DNA of 64,000 nt from Octopus sinensis (lineage: Eukaryota), in NCBI RefSeq assembly GCF_006345805.1, contig NC_043005.1:19840001-19904000 (forward strand), in the 5' to 3' direction. The notes beneath the pieces are model-generated. The model was not told the origin of the DNA. It worked only from the letters and a program-made list of their open reading frames with translations, and made no database searches. Shown here piece after piece: positions 53,180-64,000 of this stretch. A program made the position numbers and the translations under genes. The first letter of the stretch is position 1. Each line of letters starts with the position of its first letter.

Positions 53180-54239
53180 CAGGGGTTGGACAAAATAATG
53201 CAAACACCAAGCATCATAATTTTCAAGTATCTATAAAACCGTCAAAAGCTTGTTTATTTTGTTTTTTGATTTATTATTAGTGTTGCTTAATATGTTTTTC
53301 TAAAATTGCTGGGGTTTTTTCAGATATCATCATATTATGGCAGGCGCTAGCGTAACGAAAACAGCCGAAATGGTTGGTGTATCTGGAAGCACTGTCTCGA
53401 AAGTAATGACAGCCTTTGAGAAAGAGGAAAAAACTTCCTCGTCAAAACGAAACCCCGGAAGAAAACCAAAACTTTCAGATAGAGACCGTGTCGGGCTCTT
53501 ACGCGAATTGATAGAAAGGATCACAAAAGCCCAGCTCCCAAAATTACTGCAGAGCTTAATGACCACCTCGAGAACCCAGTTTCCACAAAAACTGTTCGCC
53601 GGGAGCAACACAAAGCCGGATTTCACGGGTGGACTGCCATCAGAAAACCAATACTTTCAAAAACAAAAGTTGCAAAGCGTTTAGAGTGGAGTAAAAACCT
53701 ACAGAATTGGTCCCAAGAGCAGTAGAAGAAAGTTATTTTCTCGGACGAGTTATCCTTTACCTTATTTCCGACCACCGGCCGAGTATACGTGTGGAGACAG
53801 CCAAAAGAAGCATTTGATCCAGACTGCCTTCTTCTAACTGTTAAACGTGGAGGAGGATCTGTGATGATCTGTGTGGGTGGGGCTATATCTTGGAAATCCG
53901 CCAGCCCAATGGTTTCCCTTCATGGCAGAATTAATAGTCAAGACTATTTAAGCATTTTATCTGAATATATTCATCCCCAGATCTCAATATTATTGAACAT
54001 TTATGGCGAATTTTAGAAAATCAAGTAAGGAGTCGATATTCTCCACCATCATCACTACAAGAATTGGAGACTGTTTTAGCTGATGAATGGGCAAAAATTC
54101 CTTTTACAAACAATTCAAACTTTGTATGAGACCATACCTCATAGAATTCAAGCTGTAATTACTGCCAAAGGCGGTCCTACCCCATATTAAAATAAATTTG
54201 TTTGAAATAATGTGTTTCCATTATTTTGCCCAGCCCCTC
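53180..54239 (+). mobile_element. Tc1-family transposon with both TIRs, internally deleted, nested in the hAT element
   Basis: Left TA|CAGGGGTTGGACAAAATAATGCAAACACC and right GTGTTTCCATTATTTTGCCCAGCCCCT. ORFs 53337 (MAGASVTKTAEMVGVS..) and 53789 (WRQPKEAFDPDCLLLTVKRGGGSVM). Confidence 0.93.
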
Positions 54240-54524
54240 GTTCTTATAACAATGTTATTTTATTGTTACTATAAAAAGAATTTATTTGTTTTTATTCATA
54301 CTAATAAAGTATATGCAATTTTGTAGAGATTTTTATTTGGTGTGCCACAAAATAAATTCTCCTCACCCAATGTGTCGTAAGGTAAAAAAAAGTTTGACAG
54401 ACACTGATCTATTACAACGTGTGTGCGTGTGTATATATTCTCTTTTACTTGTTTCAGTCATTTGACTGTGGCCATGCTGGAGCACCGCCTTTATAATATA
54501 TATATATATATATGAAATGTAATT

Positions 54525-54664
54525 TAAGAGATACCACCACGCTGGAAATAGCAGCCAAAACTTGACTCTAAAACCACATTAAATGTTCATACACCACCAT
54601 GAACATTTAATGTGGTTTTAGAGTCAAGTTTTGGCTGCTATTTCCAGCGTGGTGGTATCTCTTA
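54525..54664. repeat. Perfect hairpin, 66-bp arms, 8-nt loop
   Basis: 54525-54590 is the exact reverse complement of 54599-54664. Confidence 0.95.
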
Positions 54665-54930
54665 GATACCCTAAATTACAATTTTAATAATAATTATTAC
54701 CTTTGAAGGATTTTATTCCCATGCTGGCCACTTGATAAGATCGATATTTAAATTAATAACCTTATCCTTATTTATATAAATTTATATATATATATATATA
54801 TATATATATGGACGAAAGCGCTAATATATGATATATGATGTATAAAAACACGTAATATACAAATAAATACCTGTAAATATAAAACCACCCGAATTTCTGA
54901 ATACCTCATTTCTTCTAAAATATATATATA

Positions 54931-55033
<103 letters not shown>

Positions 55034-55049
55034 CATATATATATATTAC

Positions 55050-55084
<35 letters not shown>

Positions 55085-55122
55085 CATATATACATATATA
55101 TATATATCTATATATATATATA

Positions 55123-55161
<39 letters not shown>

Positions 55162-56099
55162 ATATATATATATATATTATATATATATCTATATATATAT
55201 ATATTCTACGTTGGGGATGCAAATCCTCTCATTCGCGTACGACATAATGCGGCAACAGCACAAAAATGAAGCGTCTATCTCATCCTTCTCTCAATGTAAA
55301 ATCTTGAGGTATATATATATATATATAAAAGAAATAAATGGGATAATTATTCCCTTATACAGCACAACTAATTAGCGCTTTAATCATCCGCCTGAAAAGT
55401 ACGTTCCGGCACAACATTCGATTTTTTAAAATTCTTAAGTTTCTCATTTTGCTTAAAACTTTAAGATTAAAATAACACCTTTTACAAATCCTTTAGATTA
55501 GCTCTGAATAGAGAATTATAAATGATTGTAATGGATAGAATTATCTCGCCCATACCAACCTGTATATTCTCGAAATGGCCGTCAGACTTTGCACCTGCTC
55601 AAGATTCTTTTTAAAATCATTTTATGCCAACATTCGTATCTATTTGCATTCACCATCCGCATATTTTAATATCCTCATTAATTTTAATACGGACATACAA
55701 CCTCGCAAGTATATTTATGTATTTACATATTTATGAATTTTTATATTATATCTTGTGTATATGAATGCACCTATGTATGCTGTGAAGTATTCCAACACTT
55801 TGAAATATATTGAGTGAATATGAACACTGACCTTTGAAATTTGCTCTCTCTTTCTTGGTTATATATATATATATAGATATATATATATATATATATATAT
55901 CCATTTTTTATCCCTTTTTGTGTCCCTAGCACTTGGCATCCTTATTTAGGAGCCCATAATTATATTTCTATATGAATAATATTTTTCTATATGAATAATA
56001 TTTTTCTATATGAATAATATTTTGTCTAATGACTAATTCGTCTTTTGTGCTGGACCACTGGTAGTAATCTATGTTATTACCCTTTTTTGATTATATTCA

Positions 56100-56154
<55 letters not shown>

Positions 56155-56169
56155 ATATATATAATATAT

Positions 56170-56388
56170 ATATATTCTTTTACTCTTTTAATCCACTACT
56201 TGTTTCACTCATTTGACTGCGACCATGCTGGGACACCGCCTTGGCGTTTTAGTCAATCGACTCCAGTACTTATATTTTTTTAAGCATGGTATTTATTCTA
56301 TCGGTGTCTTTTGCCGAACCGCTAAGTTACAGGGACGCAAACACACTAACGCCGGTTGTCAAGCGGTGGTGGGGGACAAACACAGACT

Positions 56389-56390
<2 letters not shown>
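56170..56390 (-). mobile_element. SINE family D, 3' half
   Basis: Matches the family D tail. Confidence 0.85.
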
Positions 56391-56422
<32 letters not shown>

Positions 56423-57419
56423 CACACACACACCACACCACACACACACACGTATATAAAATTTGTGCCTGCGGTTTTAAAGCGTCACCAATCAAGATGT
56501 ACAACAATATAAAGTCGTTGTTGCATAATTCTTAGTCTAACCTCAAAATATTTTTACTCCAATTTACAAATCTAAATAGGAAACTGAATTAATATGTTGG
56601 TTATATTAAAATTATAAGAAAACGATTATAAACTAACATAGCTGCCAAACATCTGTCGTCATTTGCAACAAAAGACAAACTATAAACAATCGGACAGGGT
56701 CCCATGGTGCATTCTGTTTATACTGCCTCGTCAAAAGCACTCTCGTGTGGATTTATTTGTGTGATCAGCCAGCTTTCAGGCCAGTGATAGATTAAAAGCG
56801 TATAATTAACATAACGGTAGTTCGTTATCTATTTACTGATAAAACTGTCTCTGTTTGGCCAATTTGTATCTGACAAAAATAATCGCAATAAATCCTATAA
56901 TTTTTTAAGGCTTCCGTCGGTCAAAGTTGATCATGCATATGCATACGTATGCACAGGTCTGGCAGTTGCGTATCCATGGGAGTCTCCCCTCTCCTCACCA
57001 CCAATGTTTGTCCAAAGGAAAGGCTGCCATCTTAAGCCGATACAGTCTAGCACAGGTGTTATTGCAGGCGTGGCTGTCAGAACGTGAAGAGCCGGAACAA
57101 AAACCAAAAGGCATCTCACCCAATCTTCTAGCAGTTCCACCAAACCATCGCCATAGTTTCTACTATTTTATCAGCCTCGAAAAGATGAAAGCCAAAGCTG
57201 ACTTCAGCAGAATTTGAGCTCAAAGCCTAGAGTGTCGGAACAAAGAGGGTGAAAGCATTCTTTTCGACACACTAACAACTCTACTAATTCACCACCTGAA
57301 ACCTTGTTGTTATCGGTACATATAAATAGTTAAGGACACGACTACTTGCAAAAATTCAAGTGGCCATTTTTTCATAAGCAACATTACTTTCTTAGTGAAA
57401 TATTAATATTCAGTTATTG

Positions 57420-58300
57420 GAATTACTCCAACTGATAGACGAAATTTATATAAAGCTAGTTTTACACTAAAAGTGGAAGCATATGCTAAGTGTCGAAAAT
57501 ACTAAATATGCAATGCGAGGATACACTAGACATTAGCAAAATCTGGAGAAGCATGTAAAGATGTTGCAAACATGATCTGTGAACAGTATTAAAACTGATA
57601 CATAAAAAAAATTTAAAATGCATGTTTTCACTTAAGTGGGATTAGTCCATCACAGCAAAGTCTTTAAAGCCACTACTTCATAGTATAATCGTGTTATTTA
57701 AAGCAAGTACTGAGGCAGAAAATTAAAACAGTACAAAAATTACAATATCTTGACGTTAATATTACTAACTGCCACAGCGACCAGCAGAGGAACGTAAGAA
57801 CGTAAGAACGTAAGAACGTAAGAAACATGATTTTCAGTTCAACAATATTGGAAAGAAGGCAAGAAGCGCCTATGAACTTTGACATTGTCGGTATTCTAAT
57901 AGTGAACACGAAGAACACAAAAGCTGTGTTAATAGGAAACAATACGATATTGACTCAAGATGTACAGCAGCACTTTCATGCATGCTAGACACAACCGAAG
58001 TAAACAAAATGGTAAATTTCAAGGGGAAAATTATGCTTAAAATCAAATATCCTGCAAGAGTATTTGTTCACAGCTACGAAAACGAGGAATGGATTCCTTA
58101 ATGTATGGTATAGTTGATATGGTGGATTTCCAATATGGTAAGGATACGGAAGTTGTAGGTACTTTGGAAGTTAATCTTTACCGTGAATGATTCACTGATA
58201 AATGAATCTCAAAAACTTCTCATGTCACATGTTGATGAAAATGTACTTTTGATGGAGGTGAATGTAGTAAATAACGGTATCGAATTTTGGCACCAGACCA
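57420..58300 (+). mobile_element. pogo-family transposase remnant, highly decayed
   Basis: Manual translation: RRNLYKASFTLKVEAYAK (DNA-binding start), APMNFDI..VNTKNTKAV (first DDE region), FKGK..KYPARVFVHSYENEEW. Confidence 0.55.
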
Positions 58301-58945
58301 GTAATTTTAGCGGTAGGATATTTGTCGGTACCTCCGATTCCAAAATTCAACTGATGTCAATTTTATCGGTCCCTAACCAATGGGAGACAAGTTCGACCTT
58401 GGATTCACAACAGAAAGAGCTGGAAGAAATGCCGCTAAGTATTTTGTCCGACACGCTAACAGTTCTGTCACTTCGACAACTTAATGATAACTGAAGTAAT
58501 AGTAATGTACCAATGAAATATATATTTTTGCTGTTTAGTATTTAAAATATTGTGAATTTTAACGTATCTGTGTATGTATATACATACTTGTATGCGCGAG
58601 TGCGTGTTGTGTGTATGTGTGTGAGTGTATGTGTATGTAAGTGTGTGAAGGTGCGGTATGTATGTGTGTGAGTGTGTGTGTATGTGGATGTGTGTGAGGT
58701 TCCTGTGATAAATGTATTCAGCAGACATGTCACTCCTATCACCTACATATTAATGCAATCTACGTATAATACTTGTGTAATCAAACTAACTGCAAACCTG
58801 TAAATGCGACAAACGACTGGTGTGAAGAATCTGAACACACTCCTTACCAACAGTCCCCTGGAGCAAGATGAAGTTTACAAATTAAGGAAAATACCTGCAG
58901 GATTATTTGTACCAACATTTTTAATGAATTGCAGTATAATATAGT

Positions 58946-59100
58946 AAGGCGGCGAGCTGGCTGAATCGTTAGCATGCCGGGTGAAATGAGTAGCCGCATT
59001 TCATCTGAGTTCAAATTCCGCCGCGGTCGACTTTGTCTTTCATCCTTGTTACGCACCGGGGTCGATGTAATCGACTTAATCCGTTTGTCTCTCTGTGTTT
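58946..59100 (+). mobile_element. SINE family A with internal deletions
   Basis: Head 'ggcggcgagctggctgaatcgttagc' plus part of the central domain. Older copies lie at ~25065, ~31320, ~43330, ~57150 and ~58310. Confidence 0.8.
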
Positions 59101-61432
59101 ATTATTATTATTATTATTTGCCGCTGCTCTTACGCACAGTCTTTTTTTCCACAGGTTTCATAGAATGGTTGTATGGTACTGCCCGTGGACTCATAACAGA
59201 CGAACTGTGGAGAGGAACCTTCACTGCGAGCTTGCTATCGAGCTGGTCCGCAGAGAAGGAACTTCCAGTTAAGCGGGAAAAGCAGTCTGGGGATAGAAAT
59301 GGCCGATCGTACTCTCCCTCACAGTATAGATGACTGAAGCGAAATAAACAATACACCGACACACTCTTGTTTCTGGTTATTTTTATGAATAGCTTAACAA
59401 AGCTATATCGTTCTAATTGCAATTTTTTCACCACTCATTACCAAAGCTGCAAAATAAAGAATAAACAACGAATGTTTATATGTTACCTATTAAAATATAG
59501 AATAAACATTTTAGCAAATTAACGATATACTATGGAGATACGACTTGCGAAATCTCTTCAGTGAAAATCTGAAAAAACTTTTCATTCAACCTGGTAATTG
59601 TTTTAGACGCAAAAAATAGTTGCAAGTTTAATGCAAACAATACCACGATTTTTCATTCAAGTTTGATAAAAATGCCAAAATTCTTTGAAAATAAGATTAT
59701 TCTTAGATTTAAAGCATAAAATATGCGAGTTTGCATTTATTAAATAGTACATTTCCCTTGTCGTTTTTAAAATAGAATTTTTTAAGATATTAGACAAAAA
59801 TTTTTTCTGTGTTCACTTTCATACCAAACAGCAATAATTAATCAATACAAATAATTCGTAATTAAAATAATAAGCACGACTATTTTGTCTCAATAACAAT
59901 TATTTTTCGTCTGCAAAAGGACATTGCCTGCAAAAATAATGGAGTGGGTGGAATAAATGTGGAGGCAGGAGTGATAACATTCTTAATTGAACATGGAAAA
60001 GTGCAGAACAGGAAGTGAAAATTTAAAAATATTGCTTCTGAAGCTGAAATTTGGATACAAAAATGCCTTTGTGTGCGGGGTTTGGTGGAAAAAGCAGGAA
60101 ACGATTAAAGGGAAGATTAGGATGACCTTGGACAGCATGTTAGTAGTGCGGTCATATTTGAGGGTCCATTTTTTTTTACCTCCATAGAACACTCCTATGT
60201 AAAAGTCCAATTGAGGTCATACCTCATAGATTATGCCGTGTCTGAGGAAAATAAATTAAAATTTGTGTTTCTTGGAGGGAAGTTTATTGGCCAAACTGTA
60301 TGGAAGACATGAGCTTTAGAGAGAAAGTTCCTTGGTATCAGGAGCTCAGAAGTATTGAACTTCCAGAGCTTCATGGGGAGGTATTCTGAACCCTTTGTTT
60401 CTAGTGGAGATAAATTTTCATTTTTAAAACCAGAAGATAAACCTCAATAAAACCACAACACGATTTACCTCCGACTAATTTCTAAGCTGAAAAGATATTA
60501 CTGCTTCTTTGACCCTTACTGAGTAGGTTAAAGTGCATGTTGATCTCTTCCCCCACCCCACTAGATAAGCACATATTTCCGCATCCCAAAATGTAAGTTC
60601 AGCTATGTTTAGTGAAACATAAGAAGAAAGCAGCTTACATTTTTTTTTTAATTTTGAAAGATAGGCAACGTTACCCACACCCACCCTACCACCACCACCC
60701 CTATTATCCACCATATGTTATTTTATAAGGGGTAAATATAAAAAATTCCATATAGAATTTTCTTCATGGAGAAGTTAACGTCTAAAGAGGGGACATACGT
60801 TTGAACAAAACTAAAAACCTGCTTGGTCTTTTTCCAATTCCTTTTCTGTTTCATATTTCAATTCCAACTTCAGTTGCATTATTTTAAAGATTCAACGTTT
60901 TTTATCCTGTACTTTTCTAGATTCATTTAATAAAGAATATTATCAATCCTGTGTCGCATTTACCTGCAAGTATGACCGTAAGCTACAAGTATTGGTTTTC
61001 ATTTAACATATATTAAAACATCTAAAAACTGGTGATTCAGTCTTGCGAAAAATTACCATACGTTGAATCCAACAGTTTTGTTCTGATTTTAACCTTTTCA
61101 GTCGGAATACAAGAAACTCCGCGGCGGGTAGAAGAGAGGGAAGGAAGTATCCCCAAATGGAAAGCCTAACCCGAATGCTTGCAGGAGTGTGAATTTGGTT
61201 AAAGGTACCCAAAGTGACAAGTAGTGTTGTTAAACTGGGTCCGCTACCCATGAAGGCCATTCTGGGATTTGAATCCAGAACGTAAGAGCAGGAGCAAATA
61301 TCACAAGATATCTGGCCCAAGTTCCCTAATCGACCGCTTTGAACTGGCAAATTTTAACGACCCTGATATCGGTAGTGTTGGAACCCGAATGCTAAGAAGC
61401 ATTTTGAATATATGTTCGTGGGTGTGTGGGTG

Positions 61433-61474
<42 letters not shown>

Positions 61475-61494
61475 AGAGAGAGAGACAGAGAGAC

Positions 61495-61525
<31 letters not shown>

Positions 61526-61974
61526 CAGAGAGAGACAGAGAGAGACAGAGAGACAGAGAAGTACATCTACGTATATATATGCAACAAGACCTTCATGCAC
61601 ACATGTATGTGTGTGTGTTGCTAAGTGTTTGTGTATATGTGCTTGTGTGTGCTTGTGTGTGTATATGAAAAGTAAGAACGTATTTACGTCGTTGCATATC
61701 TTACATGTGCAGATCGTGATAATGGGGGGAAATAGCAATTTAATGAAAACTCTTCAGAACATTCTAGAAATATTCTACCTTTTGGAGTCCTAAAGCAATA
61801 TATACATCATTTCTCAGAGCTCTCGAAAAGCAAGTAAGATATATTACCTGCGAAGAAAAACACCTGTATCACAATCATATCTTCGTAGCCGTCCACTTGA
61901 TACTGTTGCACTGAATGAATTATAGGTATCAAACGTTGTGTGTGTGTGTGTACGTATGTATTTATGTATGTATG

Positions 61975-62008
<34 letters not shown>

Positions 62009-62138
62009 CCTATAATAGACATAATGTAATATACATAATGTAATATATATATGTAGGTCCCGGGTTGATTCGGGGTTAACCACAGTAAATAAGGTACTCA
62101 ATACATAGTAGAGTAAAATTAATTTATTATATAGAAGG

Positions 62139-62189
62139 AGCTTCTACAGGACTAGAACTGTTTCATTCAAGAGAAATCTTCAGGAAGCT
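62139..62189 (-). ncRNA. Type-I hammerhead ribozyme with monomeric helix III
   Basis: AGCUUC-CUGAAGA-u-UUC-ucuu-GAA-u-GAAA-CAG-uucuaguc-CUG-UA-GAAGCU. Helix I is 6 bp, helix III is 4 bp, GUA site. The 10.1/11.1 pair is a U-U mismatch. Confidence 0.72.
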
Positions 62190-62424
62190 AGTTAACAAGA
62201 ATTGTATTGGCATTTATACATTTAGGCAGGTTTAAAGGGGTGTTGGTGGGGGACTTTTGGGGGGTAGGCATAGCGCAAAATATCATACTTTGGGGAGTGG
62301 TCCAGGAGTCAGTGTTAAATTAATATAGAAGAATAAATAAAAAAATTAAAAAATATTAAAAATATATAAAATATATATAAAAAAAGGGAATAGAGTTTTA
62401 GGTAAATAAGGAGATTCTCACTTA

Positions 62425-62779
62425 TACCTATGCACATATGTATACATCTATACACACACATACAAACATATATACATATACATACACACATACGTACACA
62501 CACACATATATACATATATATACACTTACACATACATATACATATATACACATACACATATATGTATACATACACACACTCACATGCATACACGTATACA
62601 CACATGTATATATACACACACGACCACACATACATATACACACAGAAAAATATATACACAATACACACACATACTCACATACACGCATACACACCATATC
62701 CACACACACATATGCACACACAGCACACTAGTCCCTATAACACATATATACACATACACACACATATACACACACATAC

Positions 62780-62829
<50 letters not shown>

Positions 62830-63329
62830 GTGTACCTATGCATACCTACACATACACACATATATATACAATACAAATACAGACCCATTCCCTAATTTTA
62901 ATTTTATTATCTTCATTTATTACTTTTGTTATCTTTGATCGCTGGTCACAAACATCTTGGCTATGACAGCCTGTCCATTTATCTGTCTACTGGAAAACAA
63001 GCACTCATTTACTCACGCACACTCTTTAGCACGTACACTCACTCATTCGTACACTCATACACACACGCACGCACGCGTTATATTCATACATACATACATC
63101 TACATCCATTCACGTATATACACACGTACGCGTACCTACAGATTCATGTCTACACTCTTAGAAGGCTATCTATACATATACACCAATAAATATAATACAC
63201 ACACATACATATACACCTACATACAAATACATACATGTATAATATATATATATACATATACATACATATCCACATATATATACATACATATATATATACA
63301 TATATATATATATATACATATACATACAT

Positions 63330-63362
<33 letters not shown>

Positions 63363-63565
63363 TATACACACACATACACATACATACATATACACACATA
63401 CACATACATACGTATACATACATACATACATCCATACATCCATACATACATACATTTATACACATACACACACCCACACGTATACATATACGTACATATA
63501 TATACGCGCATGCATACACATACAAATACATACACATACGCATATACATATACATACATACACAT

Positions 63566-63634
<69 letters not shown>

Positions 63635-63830
63635 CACACATACATATACATACATACATATACAAATATACGCACACACATACATACATACTCATATACA
63701 CATACACGCACATACACATGTACATGCGTACCCATACACACACACACACGCGCGCATCCATATATACACATAAGTACACACAGGCGTAAAAGTATACATA
63801 TATCTATGCTTACACATACACACACACACA
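62425..63830 (+). repeat. Long degenerate (CA)/(TA)/(CATA) low-complexity tract
   Basis: Direct reading. Explains the 178-308 aa His/Thr/Ile/Tyr ORFs. Confidence 0.92.
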
Positions 63831-64000
63831 CGTGCCTCCTTATATTCATATTTACATGCATACTCAAAAAAATAAGTAAATAGTAAAATATATACGCGCA
63901 GTTATTCATACATGCATACTCAAAAAATAAATAATAAATATTAAGTATATGTACGTGCAGTTACCTATTATATAGACGGATACATACATATAAACTTACA

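Larger units (their letters stand above)
50843..54406 (+). mobile_element. hAT Charlie/Buster-type DNA transposon (FAM200/ZBED5-like transposase, pseudogenised) with nested insertions
   Basis: TIRs CAGTGTCTGCCAAACT and AGTTTGACAGACACTG. 8-bp TSD atctagta/atctatta. Translations include KRKYNENCIKNGF..PFCMICL (BED finger), KKKPHSEAKNVI..IPLSAHAISHKIQDIS, VVKVVNYIKSHSLRCRLLASLCETM and WNQYPRLA..SYLFELGIS. Confidence 0.92.

Noticed and set aside
62430-63909. Long ORFs of 170-308 aa (also 18508-19437, 34711-35200 and 47225-47602)
   Set aside because: They are translations of CA/TA/TG microsatellites (His-Thr, Tyr-Ile, Cys-Val repeats) and are open in several frames on both strands.

Overview
This is repeat-saturated, AT-rich, non-coding eukaryotic DNA. 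The SINE families and microsatellite style point to a cephalopod, most likely Octopus (inference). No host protein-coding exon, rRNA, true tRNA gene or CRISPR array could be supported, and nearly all ORFs in the track are microsatellite read-throughs. Recognisable content: (1) four tRNA-derived SINE families, several with clear target-site duplications (TSDs); (2) decayed DNA transposons: two Tc1 copies, a hAT Charlie/Buster element with terminal inverted repeats (TIRs), an 8-bp TSD and nested insertions, mariner-type and pogo/Tigger remnants; (3) LINE remnants: several R4/Dong-like fragments, one HERO-like 3' end and one RTE-like RT fragment; (4) many local fold-back inverted repeats. The most interesting signal, found by manual folding, is a set of type-I hammerhead ribozyme (HHR) motifs in at least five short non-coding repeat families resembling Penelope pseudo-LTRs or retrozymes. 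Three copies fold fully (48650-48731 +, 45391-45473 -, 62139-62189 -). One family carries a shared atypical CUGUNGA core, and three families sit inside DNA palindromes. All folds are by eye and ribozyme activity is untested.
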